NCBI GenBank assembly: GCA_040954595.2
Contig: CM082586.2
Span: forward strand, 6,725,237 to 6,789,236
Length of the DNA stretch: 64,000 nucleotides
DNA from: Balanoglossus misakiensis
Taxonomy: Eukaryota; Animalia; Hemichordata
Direction of reading: 5' to 3'
Part shown: positions 28,471 through 41,103 of the stretch, one piece after another
Numbering within the stretch: the first letter of the stretch is position 1
Layout: each line of letters begins with the position of its first letter
The notes under the pieces: generated by a model
Told to the model about the DNA's origin: nothing
The model's database searches: none
What the model saw: only the letters and a program-made list of their open reading frames with translations
Made by a program: the position numbers and the translations under genes

Positions 28471-30833
28471 AGCGTTAATGATGTATTCGGTCCCAATTTA
28501 CAATGTATCTGTAAGAGATGTAACACAGGTAATTATCGGGTTTATGAACTAAAATCTATCGTTACTTTTCACCACGGGGGTGCGCCTTTTTTCCAGTGAT
28601 GTTGCGCCGCACACTTGAAGCGTGGTCAGTGAAAGTCACACGTAGTGCCGGTGTTTTTACACCTTCTCATACGTATAGTGGTTAGACCCCCGTATTACCA
28701 AAGCAAGGCGGTTCCGCGGCGTAATACCATTCCCAGGGCTTCCGTTACTTTGCTTCTGACGTCACAAGTACTGAAAACGTCAACCCTTGGGAAATCAATT
28801 GCTAGGCGAGTCTGTTGCGTGTGGTGGATGCTAATTTCCAAAGCTTTGAGGCACAGCCAAGGATATGTCCGTCCGAGCTTACAGCAAACCTCTGTTGGTA
28901 GGTCATCATTAGTCATCATTAGAATGGTATTTATCATCTGAATGTAAAATTGAAATCACTCTTTGTTTGAAACTGGGGCTGTATACTGTATACATAACAC
29001 TACAATGCCTTTGTCTCATTTGAATGTATAATAAGCCAAAACAAAAAGACGGCACTTGACACATGCCCGTGTCAAAGCCGAAATGATGGTCCGTGTCAAA
29101 ATTATGGTGGTTGTGAGTACAATGTAATTTTGTATGGGCATGGACAATACGCTTCGTTTCGGCACTTATTACCTATTTTCTAACCTATTTACTGACAACA
29201 CACCCGGGAAACAACGAAAGACGGCCAATGGTATGACCCATTTCTCCGGTGGAAGTCGAAACCGCCCGGGCCAATGTCTACCAGTTACACGCTGCGAGAT
29301 CTCGTGTATATACGCTTACACGAAGAGGAATGTATTCCTTTTTATAATGCCAGTAATGTAGTAATGCGTGTACAAACATATCTCAAAAGACACATAGAAA
29401 TAAACACCCTGCGTGGACCTCACAGATAGACAGAAAACATGCATTACAAAGCGATATTGTAGAACCGGGAATTTATTTTATTATCGGTCACGCTGGTCGT
29501 AATAAATGACAAATAGCAATGTTATACCATGGGGGTACCATTGTCCCATCACGGTTATATTACTCAGCGATAATAAAGCGAACACCACTTTGATTGTCAT
29601 AGAAATCACAGGCATCTTGCGATATCAATATCTTGATAATACTTTCTTATAACACTGCAGTTACAATGTATTAATTGCTGTATACATGTATGTACACACC
29701 CAAAGGTGAGACATAAAGGGTATACATGTACATGTATTTGTAATATGTACGCCAGACGGGGCATTGTGGTTAATGGGTCATTGAAAGTTGATGGGCCCCG
29801 TTTGAACGAGATCATTCATAGCGAAAGATTTGTCTAGAAAATCTCCTTCTCCGAATAAATTTAAAACACGCTCAATATTTGAAACGGTGTATAGAGTAGG
29901 TACATTTCGAAATTGATAACTTTACGGTGGTAGTCTTGCAATGAAATTCGTACAGCTACTGGCCTTGACTCCAACACGCGTATACCGACGGTTGCATTAA
30001 AGCCTTTACAAATGTAATTGTATATACTGAACGACATCATTCGATGCACCATTTTGAGAAACACCCGTGTCGCCTATCTGTCGCCCATCGTCTCAACTGT
30101 GGACATTCATGTTTCAGAAGAAAAATACAAATGCGTACTTACACAATCAGAAGGCGTTGGCGACTGTTTAGAATAAGTGCTTGTACATTCTGTGACGTCT
30201 CGGAGTGAGGTCGGATGGAAAATGTCAACGTATCTGAATGACCTGGTAGGTACAACGCCCCCATGCGACCAGTACACGTATCTTAGCAAGCGCGCTGTGG
30301 ATGTGACTGAACTTTTTGCACCTTTTTGACCTTTGTAACGTAGCATTTAAACAGACAAGTAATGCAGGGCGCGCGAATGTGTGACTGGGAAGGGGGTGGG
30401 TAAGGTATTGCTTGTAGTTAATGCTGCTTAATTTTCAAATTTAGTGTGATCGTGCCTGACTGTTTCAGAAGAAGAAATATTAATACAGTCGTTTTGAAAA
30501 AAATATATTAAAAAAACAACCTTATACATTGTGTATACCACTAAGTGTATCCCCCGTAAAGCCCATATTACCATTCACCCTTAATAGTATGGCGCAATTA
30601 TTCTACGAAAGGGAAGCAAAACCGAAAGAAGCTGGCTGCTGATTAATATCTAAGAATCGAAAGTAAAGCGATTTTGTTGTCAGGTTTCTGAATACATGTA
30701 TTCCCAAGAAAGTGACGGTAACACGGCCGTGTGCTTAATAAAAATATAACGCCCAACTCACTCGGCCAGAGCCAAAAATAAATTCAGAATGTAATCCGGA
30801 CTGAGATGAGGCGCGTGCCCCATTTTTGCTAGA

Positions 30834-30868
30834 TGAACCTTTGACCTTTGACTGCACTACTATATATG
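30834..30868 (+). promoter_or_regulatory. Putative core promoter: tandem TGACCT-like half-sites (DR1-like) and TATA box
   Basis: TGAACCTTTGACCTTTGAC, then TATATAT at 30861, about 80 bp upstream of the ATG micro-exon at 30944. Confidence 0.4.
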
Positions 30869-30943
30869 GGGCCTACTGCTGAAGGTTTCAACGATACGTG
30901 CGTCTGCAAACCCGTTCGTAAATTGGTAATTACAGACCGCGAT

Positions 30944-33581
30944 ATGGCTGGTAAGTATTTTAGACTTTGACACTAGAAACACAACTGTCACTTATCGCCA
31001 AAACAAATTCATATGTCTCTCCGAATTGAGCACACGGTTTACTTCCTGGTATGTATGAAAGGTCGCAGGAAAGACCATCTTTGTATGCATGCATGCTGGA
31101 CTAGCCCACTAGTCGCTTGGTGATTTTTTTGCCTTTATAAAGGTTCTCATGTATTTGCTTGCTTTGGGGGGAGTTTTTTGTACTGAGCTGAGTTTCGAAT
31201 TCGGGGCTGGGCTTCAGGTTTCGGAAGCTCACTAGTCGCATGGTCTATGTGCATGCATGCCTGCTTATGCCTTCTCAGAATGTAAAATGAAACCAGAAAG
31301 GTGCGTTTTGTAGAAGTAATTACCCCAGCTAATGCTAAGATATAGCAAACAACCACAAAAATGCGATCTTTCTGTACTGTCTCCAACCTCATAAGGATAT
31401 CATATGATTAATCGCAATCATGCAGAAATCTAGGAAATATACACTGAGACTGGATTGGTTGATTTGAATGCCCTTAGGCCCACTTAAACGTTCCCTTAAC
31501 GAAGAAATGCCGGCCAAGAAGAAAATCCTGGTGTTCTCGAAGCTGGAGTCTTTCCGAAAGGCTTCGGAAGAAGTACAACACCGGCTCGAGGAACTTTTTC
31601 AAGATGACAAGACGGTTGAAATATCAAGCTATTCACACGCCAAGGATGGCGTCGACGATTTGCAGAGATATGCGAGTGTCACCGCAGTGGTTGTCATAGA
31701 CGACAGACAGACTAGGACATTGGTAACGCCGTCAAGAAGAGACAAGAACGTGGATCACTGGGATGAACTGCACATGCTCAGTTCAATAACAAATCCAGCA
31801 GGTAAACATTTACCCCAAATAACCACATTTTGGTTTTTAATTTTTGGCGAGTTTATGGCGTCGATGATATTTGGGATTGGTAACTGATGTTGTGCGCTGG
31901 TGATGATACTGGATGTGTTAGCAGGGATACGCCTGTGATAATACCTGTACGCCTTTTTCATAAAGAGGGCGCCTTTCCCAGACGACGTGAAAACGGGGCC
32001 AGTGGGCACAGAGTAAAAACTTTATGGTCTCGTGTATATATCGTCGCTATAGTTGGGACCGACGTTCGACAGCCACATTTTATTGTGCGATGATGGCGGT
32101 GGTGGATACAATGTGGTCCAACTGATAGCGTTGTGTGAATCAGAGGTTTTAAACGACAAGTCACAGTTGAGAACTACATGTGCTTACCTTGTTCTTGTCT
32201 ATCCCCCAGATTCCATCTTGATTATCATCTACAGGAGCGATTGGTCGAGGGACCTCCAAGAGGACGAATTGTTGGCCCATAATTGGCAAACCACCTGGCG
32301 GTACAATGACGATACCGCTAGCCGCCTTACACAAAACCAACGCTGTATCTCTGTTTGGGACGATTTCAACCCGGCTCAAAGAAGAGCGATACGGTCATTT
32401 GTGGAGGAAGAGCAGCTTCGCACAATCGGGTGTCTTCGCGAGTCATGCGACATCGTTGGCAAACATCTGACTGGGGATGTCAATCGAGATTTAAGTGCCC
32501 TGGTCATTGGAGAACAAGAACTACCAGACAGACACTTCACTCGCGTTGAACTGGCGAACGCCCACGCTCCCGGTGTACATGTCATGAACTACAGCCGTTT
32601 CAATTACAATTTTGCACATAATAATAATAATCATCTCACAGTGTACCAAACCACGGAATTTCCAACAGTGCATCTGGAAAGCTCCTCACATTTCATGCAG
32701 ATTTTCGAGGCGTGGAAGTCCAGGTCTGCATTTCCGAGACAGAAAACACCAATTGCCGTTGACGGCATCATTATTGTCGCCCATTGCAGCGAGTGTTTGG
32801 ACAAGATAAATGCAGTCAAAGTTGAAATACAAAAGAAATTTTCAGGTAAAACTTTTTTTTACAACTGCTGTTGATTAATTACGTTTGGTGATTAATCCTG
32901 TTTTATGTCCTCAAAAGTTAGTATAATACGAAACGGTTTACATGTACCTAGTCGTACGTAGTGAAGTTGAACATATCGATTGCTAATTAAAAATTGGAAA
33001 GATTCATAGTTTTTCTTCACAATACCATGACAACGGATTGTAAGGTTTATGATAACGGTAATGACCCAACAATGCAAACTTGATCAATAAGGATTGACGA
33101 CGCTTAATTGTAGTTGTGCTCACTGACAAGTGTAATTGTATAGGCAAACATGTTTACATACATGTAGTTTCTTAATTTTCCTCGTTTCTCTCTTTCAGAC
33201 CGGTTTCAAGTGCTACGAGGAGGTCTAGTAACCACTGTCCTCTCCAGCAAAACCACATTGAGTATGATCACTTATATATGCTCACACAGTATTGTCAAAC
33301 GAGTCAGATGGCGGCCTTACGTGCTTGCTGTGTTTGTAGTAGCTCCGACGTATTTAACCGCGGTGTACCGATACAAAAGCAGGCCGTTCCATTTTCTTTT
33401 CGCCTTTGTTTCAAAGATACCGCGCATGCTTTCACGTACCTGCTTTTCGAATCGAGCTAATTACGCTGGCGTCTTTATATATGCCACCGCGCTTATCTAT
33501 GGCAGTTATTCACCAGACTTTTCACATTTGGAATTTGATGATTTAACCCTGGGGTCACCCACCTGCGTTCAATTGGATTAA
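30944..33581 (+). CDS. Uncharacterised ~449-aa protein: TIR/SEFIR-like alpha/beta domain, second alpha/beta domain, hydrophobic C-terminus
   Basis: Exons 30944-30950 (ATGGCTG|gtaagt), 31478-31801, 32210-32845, 33199-33581 join in phase 1 throughout into one open frame. The domain identity is inferred from the secondary-structure pattern only. Confidence 0.7.
31099..31260. repeat. Dispersed repeat copy (see 11461)
   Basis: Shares a 30-nt identical head and downstream similarity with 11461-11640. Confidence 0.7.
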
Positions 33582-34783
33582 CTGAAACCTTTTTTGGGCA
33601 CCATATAAACATTGTAAAAATGTTTTGACAAGTAAAATCTCGTCAATAGACGTCCCTGTGGCATTGTTCCTGACAGAAGGGATTGAAGTTCTAAGAATCT
33701 AATCCAAGGGAAATGTGTTACGATGCTGTCATGTGACATTTAAGTGGATGTTTTCACGTCGGATTTTTTTTGTACAGAACAGACTGTCTTTCATGGAAAT
33801 TAGCTCAGCATTACAGAAGGTAGCTGTAGTAATGTTAGAGTCACTGAAATGTTTGTGTGATCGTAGACAGGTTTCACTCTCGCACGTTTCAAATACTGAT
33901 AAGAATTGTTAAGCAATATTAAATTCCCCGATAGGTTGTGTTTTTTTCAGTCGGGGGGGGGGGGGTCGGTACATTGGTGGAGGGTCTCCTTGTATTTGTG
34001 TGTAAACTATTATGTCATACTATTTTAAGCTGTGGTTTAAGTTGCATCAAAATCGCACATCCTAGCCTACCAGCCGTGAATTGCGTATTTCACTATAAGT
34101 TTTCGAAAGGGTGAGGATTTTTACCGGTAACATATGCATTGTTTGGATAGTGTTTTTATTTTCCGCGTAAAAGACATTTCTAATTACATGTAAATGTATA
34201 CACACAATGAAAATTATTTCAGTAATCAAATTGTTACCACCCAAATAAAGCATACACTTTTCATAGATCAGTAACAGCCAATGGCTTGCCAGACTGCTAA
34301 ATTTAATCGTGTGAAGGCGCTCCGGCCGTCTACATGTACCACATTCAAACCGGCTCACTCCTGCAGAAGGTCACGGAGCGCCCGCACGCGACTGTCAGAG
34401 TCTATTGGCTCCTGCGAGATGAGTAAAGGCTTAGATTGAGCGCAATAGATTCTGTTTAGTGGCGAATGCCTCCAGAATGCTCAACGAGATAGTGCTTTGA
34501 ATAAATTGCCATTTTCTGAATAAAAATATCGTTTAAGTGACAGGTGTATGAAATATGCTTGATTTTGATTTATTCTCTGTCATATACCTGTATAATATTT
34601 TCTTATTATGTACAATCTTTAAGTACTGCTTATAAAGTAATAAATCTGCCTATACAATTTAAGACCGACGTGGCTTTATTGTATCATATTGAATGATATT
34701 GTATTAAATCATATGTTCGTCTACGACTCGTGTGATGTTGCCAATCAACACACTCGTGGCGATACAACGCAGCAAATCTAAAC

Positions 34784-37700
34784 TTACAAGTAACCAGGCG
34801 TCGACTGCGCCCTTTCAAATCTTGGACGTGAAGGTTCATTTTCAATTGGGAATAGTGCGTTATCCGTGCCCCCGGCGTTGTGGATGTTAATTTCATTGTG
34901 GACCTGATAATTGACGATGTTAACATTTTGTGGTGTTCGATCTACAGCCGCCATTTGCATTCCGTCTTCATAACTCGAGGCTGCGTTCCCTTTTCCGCCT
35001 TGGATGCGGCGCCTCGCTACACACAGCATGGTAGCTGTCCCTCGGATCAGAACCACGACGTCGGCGAAGAGTAATGCCGCCCCAGCCAAGAAGTAAGAGC
35101 TTCTTGGGTTGTCGAGCGATTCATTTATCAAATCTGTGAGGGAATAGAGATGGACAAAAATTATGTTAATCTATGCGTGTACACAAGATGTGTTGCTGAC
35201 AATGGGCAATGTTAAATTCACTATTATTGTTATATGTAAATGGTTATCATTACCGCCAATGGGCAACCCGATGATGGCGCCTATTCCAAACGCAGGCAGA
35301 GCGAACCCAAGAGCTGCTGTCACCCTCCACCGACTCTTGGCGTGATTATATCTCCCCTCGCCTCGATGGACGAACACTTTGACGAGGGTCACCATCAAGG
35401 TAAGGTAGAAGCCGCAGCAGTATCCGTTGATGACAGCGATAGCAATAAATCCCGCGAACGTAGTCGCCGCGAAGCTGACGACCCCTACTATACCGACTAC
35501 GCCGAGAGCAAAGCCGAACTTGAGAAGACGAATTTTGTTCGTGTAGAGGGGACTGTCGTTGTCGGAGGATGGACCGCAGCAGTCGGACGGCAGGGAGAAG
35601 ATGCCGTTCGAGAGTAGCCCGGCAACCATGGCGATGCCGTAGATGAGAGGCAGCCACTGCGAATCGCTCACACCCACGCCCGCCGCCACGGCGTTCTGCT
35701 CGAGATGCAAGACAAGAATGTTGTGGCCCATGCCGACGAAGACCTCTGCGATCACCATGACGAGGAACATCGGTTTCAGGAACAGGCGAAGATCCAGATG
35801 CTTCACAAATCTAACCAGTTTACCTTCGCGGGCCCCGGGCCCGTCAACTTCGTCGTCGTAATCGTCTTCTTGATCGCTGTCATAATTATCTTCGCGCTGT
35901 GTAATCGGCCGCAGTAGCAAGCTGAGTCCCATCATCTGGGCGTTCATGCACGATAGAATCACAAACAGTCCCCTCCTTCCGACGGAGGTCTTGGCATATT
36001 CAAGTAAAGGCGGCATGTAGAAAAGACTCACGCTGGCTCCGAGGAACGCCAGTGAGTTAGCCATGTCCAACCCCCTTCTGTTGAAGTATCGAGGGATCAT
36101 TCCCAGGCTGGGCGTGAGCATCAGTCCAAATCCTACACCTGCAGACAATTACACTAGATTCAGCAAACGACAATATGTTACTTAATGCACTTGGCGCCAA
36201 AAGTGTGCTTCAAACTTGAATTACAATTTTAATTTCTCCAAAGCAATGATTTGCCATCTGTCTTTCTTGTGTGAAAATAAGGACCTGAAGTTTCAATTTT
36301 TAATATAACAATTTACCAAATTACTACAACTGTCAAGTTCCATGACACAATATCTACATGCAAGAAAGTCAAACGTGCAACCGGTGTACAATATATCGAT
36401 TTCTCTGTTATATAATCAGCGCTATTGGTGACGTAATGCGCTGGCGTGTTCTTCATCACAATTCTTTCATTTACATAATAATGTGTTACATACACTATTG
36501 ACACTATTGATTACAATAGCAAAATTTTTTTCTTCGTATACAATACGCACCTGTTATAAAGCCATATGTGACGCAGAGTGTGCTCACGTTGGTTGCAAAC
36601 CAAGACACGAAGAGGCCGAATGTGGAAAGTGCAGCGCCACAAACGGCCGTGATGCGTGGTCCATTCCTGCTCAGATTTGCACACGGCGCCGCAAAAAGCC
36701 CTGTGTGCGAAATTGGCGATATCCCAAAGATTAGTCTTTGAACAAAACAAGTACGCAAGGGCTAAATATTTAGGGGTAAATACTTCTATTTGGTTGTAGT
36801 AACGCATTGGATAATTTTAACGGGACATGTAGCAGATGAAATTTCATAATTCATTTTAACAGTTGTAATGGATTGTGGAATCTCCCGTTTTTACCAAAAT
36901 CAATAATGATATGTACTTGTACTGTAAAATAAGAACATGCTGCTATTTCTTCAAGAAGAACAGGTGTGGTTTATGAAACCAAACTCCAGCACTGCAGCTT
37001 GGTATCAACTATGCGTTGCAGTGTCTCTGGAATAGAATACACTTACCAAAGAAGAACGCCATGAAAATATTGATATAAACCATCCATTTGATATCAACAC
37101 CACCCTTGCCATAGTTGTACTCGTCGTAGTATGACCTGAGGTCGGGCAGTATCAGCCATATTCCGTAATTTAAGCCAACGCTGAACCAGGACACGAAAAT
37201 GTTCTCAAATACAATCATCCATTTCCACCACTCCGGTGTGTCATCATTGCGTTCCTCAGATCTAAATTTAAACATATCAAAACAATAGACTTTAAAAGTG
37301 CATTTGGACTAATAAGTAATAAGTCGTGTTTGTCAAGCTCGATGAAGCGACTCAGCATAGCTTACTTTATTTATTATACATGGCAACGGCACTATAGGCC
37401 TATATGAAACGTTTTGGCCAAACTAGAGAGACTTGTCTGTGGTCAGCGCGCGCAACAGCACGACAAAATGTTGTCTGTGTCTGTGTCTGTCCAGGCAGAA
37501 CTCGACTCAACAGAGTGCACAGACCCGAGCCAAAATACAACGTATAGGCAGGGGGAGTTTGTCAAGACATGCGATAATTAACAATTTAACAACAAATACA
37601 TGCATCGACAGTAGTTTGACGTTGACCGGACGACAACTGATAGAAATGAAATTCGCCTCGTCGCGAAACACTAAACACATTTGCTATTAGCGTTAAATTT

Positions 37701-38723
37701 TCTGCTCGTTTCTCTGTCTGTTATCAACGTGTGCATATAATGTCTATTTTCATGTTATTCCGTTCAAACACTTTCGTTGGCGTTCCACATACACTACACT
37801 ACACTACACTACACTACACTACACTACACTACACTACACTACACTACACTACACTACACATAAATGTTCATGATAACAGGACCCAGACTTGTTTTCGATT
37901 CTTACGCTGCATACTACCGTGGAAACCATGCTATGCAAATTTAAATGGACGGTGGCCTTGTTTCACCTGCGCCCACCGAGCATGCGCAGTCCAATCAACC
38001 ATGACCTCGTCACCGGAGTTCACGTTTTCAAGTAAATTATAAAGCAATAGGTTACTAATCAAGTTTTATAACACAACGCCATATTAAATTTCAACGCTTT
38101 ATTGGTTGATTGTCTTAATATATGTTGCTTTTAACTTCATTTCAGTCTTGTTTTTGATGATACATTGGATAAAAACCCCACATTTATTTTTAGACAAAAG
38201 ACATGGTTTGTACGGACGCGAATGTACGCTATGGTCGACGTCACCCATTTTACGTCAGTGGAAACCCCCATCATTATTGACATATTTTGTTTTGAATTAG
38301 TAAACATAATTCATCGTGGCTAATAATTAATCACAAATTATGACGTAATTATCGAAGGGTTTCATATCTTTTGTACGTTGGAGGTCACCAGATATCGGTT
38401 ATATGCAACGTTCACCCGTGACTCAGTAGAGGAAAATGTTTGAGTATTTTTGTATTTTTGAGCTTGAAAAAAAAAGAAATCAAGATGTATGTTTATATGC
38501 TATGGTGTAAGTAAAACGGTTGTAGTCCGTTACTGAAACATAACTAGGTATTCCACATAGTTTTACATAGAAGCTTCCAAACATACATTTCTAAGAGTCG
38601 ACTGAAAGCGGAAGCTTACCCGTCGCCTGGATTTTGCTCCTCATTTTCGTTCCCAACGGCTTCAAGTTCTGTGTTCGGATTTTTCGGAGTCGTCGCCGTC
38701 ACTGCAAGTGCAGACTCCGCCAT
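34784..38723 (-). CDS. MFS transporter, SLC16/monocarboxylate-transporter-like, ~567 aa
   Basis: Exons 38620-38723 (AAAATGGCG start), 37047-37261, 36551-36700, 35254-36138, 34784-35133; phases 2,1,1,1 agree. Motifs: TM1 WWKWMIV, LCVTYGFITGVGFGL, YFNRRG...ANSLAFLG, PPLLEY, LLLRP, acidic central loop, second 6-TM half, SSYFLAG. Confidence 0.87.
37791..37860. repeat. (ACACT)n pentanucleotide microsatellite
   Basis: Direct reading; lies in intron 1 of the transporter gene. Confidence 0.95.
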
Positions 38724-39544
38724 TTTACAACTCTGTGGGTCAGTTTGGCGTGGGTGCGTTTGAGACTTACTTCTGTTTACCAGTCAACATGTATCAGGTG
38801 AACGCGTTACTTTCAATCTTGACTGTCGACGTCCACAAAAAAATGACTGTGTTCTCGAAGACAGGACCAACCTTAGTAACACACGAACACCTCCATATAA
38901 TACCTCCCTTAATGAGCGTCGGCGTTCGCTAAACAATATTTTGCGCAATTTCTAAAAATAAAGAATGGCCCTCACCTCACCTGTGTTGACGTTTTTAGGG
39001 GAACTGATGAACTGTAAAACAATCAATCTTTGTTGACGACTGAAAACAACAGCGTCGCCGCTGAAGGCCAATTTTGTTTGACTTAGCTCTTATCTACCCA
39101 ATGACACACCATTTTACTATTCCATAAATCGACGATAACTTCAACATTGTTTAAATACTAGTCTACTAGTTATGCATGCAAGAATCGACCTTTTCTGGTG
39201 AGTAATCAAAGAAGGCGACTTTTGACCTTATTACCTGGTCTTAGATGACCGAGTTGGAGATTGCTATATAAGACTGGCTACCCACTTGAAGTCGGTGACC
39301 CACAAACGGGAATTTGGCGCGTTTTATGAGCGTAGGAGGTTGTTTGACCTGGGTTGTAATTCATCGTACTGCACAGTCTTTATTGCGTACAATAACCAGG
39401 TCTGAATACAATGTGGTCACATTTTTTTAAAATAGCACCAATGACACTGTAGCTACTATAGACTTAGATGAACGTTAAGACAAACAGAGCAAAATACAAG
39501 ATGAAAGGGGGGAAAACACACCCATTTTTATGTCATATGCACAG

Positions 39545-39752
39545 GTTATAGCTCACTCACGCTCAAAAAATGACAAATTCTTGAATTTGGGGGATTTGTC
39601 ATTTTTTTGACAATTTTCATGAGCTATAACCCATGAAAAATGTCAAAAAATAACCACCGAAATTCGCAAAGTCCGTAATATGTCATTTTTTGAAAAATTT
39701 CATGAGCTATAAACCCATAGAAAATGTCGAAAATAGACCAAATCAACGAAAT
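39545..39752. repeat. Degenerate, mixed-orientation 88-bp-family satellite units
   Basis: GGTTATAGCTCA at 39545, a hairpin AAAAAATGACAAAT...ATTTGTCATTTTTT, then two diverged + orientation units ending CATGAGCTATAA(A)CCCAT. Confidence 0.7.
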
Positions 39753-40419
39753 TCATGGGTTATAGCTCATGAAAATCATCCAAAAATGACAATTTTTCGA
39801 CTTTGCGAAAGATCAAAATTTCGGCATTTTTTGACAAAAATCATGCATGGGTTATAGCTCATGAAAATCATCCAAAAATGACAATTTTTCGACTTTGCGA
39901 AAGATTAAAATTTCGGCATTTTTTGACAAAAATCATGGGTTATAGCTCATGAAAGTCATCCAAAAATGACAATTTTTCGACTTTACGAAAGATCAAAATT
40001 TCGGCATTTTTTGACAAAAATCATGGGTTATAGCTCATGAAAATCATCCCAAAATGACAATTTTTCGACTTTGCGAAAGATCAGAATTTCGTCATTTTTT
40101 GAGAAAATCATGGGTTATAGCTCATGAAAATCATCCAAAAATGACAATTTTTCGACTTTGCGAAATATCAAAATTTCGGCATTTTTTGACAAAATCATGG
40201 GTTATAGCTCATGAAAATCATCCAAAAATGACAATTTTTCGATTTTGCGAAAGATCAAAATTTCGGCATTTTTTGACAAAAATCATGGGTTATAGCTCAT
40301 AAAAATCATCCAGAAATGACAATTTTTCGATTTTGCGAAAGATCAAAATTTCGGCATTTTTTGACAAAAATCATGGGTTATAGCTCATGAAAATCATCCA
40401 AAAATGACAATTTTTCGAC
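39753..40419 (-). repeat. 88-bp satellite array, subfamily L (~7.5 copies), opposite orientation to the arrays at 43545-64000
   Basis: Unit CATGGGTTATAGCTCATGAAAATCATCCAAAAATGACAATTTTTCGACTTTGCGAAAGATCAAAATTTCGGCATTTTTTGACAAAAAT. Its reverse complement matches the unit at 43545. Confidence 0.95.
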
Positions 40420-40691
40420 ATGGGCATGTAACGTATTTATAATTCTGTACTCGTCTTACTCCCTTTTTATTGGAAATAATATTTTAATTTGAAATCTGGC
40501 TAAATATATTTTTGAAAGGGAATAAATTAGTTGATGTCTTAATACATCTAAGGAACTCCTATTTCACAATCGTGAGGGCACAAACAGCGACAGATTGACG
40601 GCCACTAAGAACATGTAGAGTGCTTTCAACCGCCTGATGCGACCTGAGTTCAATCGACCGACGGGTGAACCAATTGCGTGACCAAACACTC

Positions 40692-40842
40692 TATAAAAGT
40701 CTGATATAGATATGTCAAATGACCTTGAAGAATGTGACCTACGACATCAGTATACGTTTAATCTTGGGTGCGTGATTGTCTGTGACATACAGTGCGTGGA
40801 GTCGGTACTGAGCAAATCCTGGGAAGATAAACACCTCTCCTG
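40692..40842 (+). promoter_or_regulatory. Putative UGT TATA box and non-coding first exon
   Basis: TATAAAA at 40692, TGACCT half-sites at ~40720 and ~40735, donor CTG|GTAAGT after 40842, acceptor TTTTAG| before 41071, upstream of the ATG at 41104. Confidence 0.55.
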
Positions 40843-41103
40843 GTAAGTTACTACTGGTTTCATTCGTATAGTATGTAGGAGTTTTACTACAGAATGTTGA
40901 CTCTTATTTAATTGTATTCAGTTATTGTTTGACATTTAATTAGCTATACATGCCACAAATCACGTGCCAAGCGTCATATTAATTATGCCTTATTAGAATT
41001 TGCGATGGAAAAGGTCGCTTATGTCTTCATTTTATACACATAACACGCGTTCTTCTGGTTATCATTTTAGGTTAATTCATAATAAGTTCCAATTCAATGC
41101 GAG

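Noticed and set aside
37262-37275. ATG at 37275 as transporter start
   Set aside because: An acceptor (TTTAG|) at 37261 joins in phase to a better first exon at 38620-38723.
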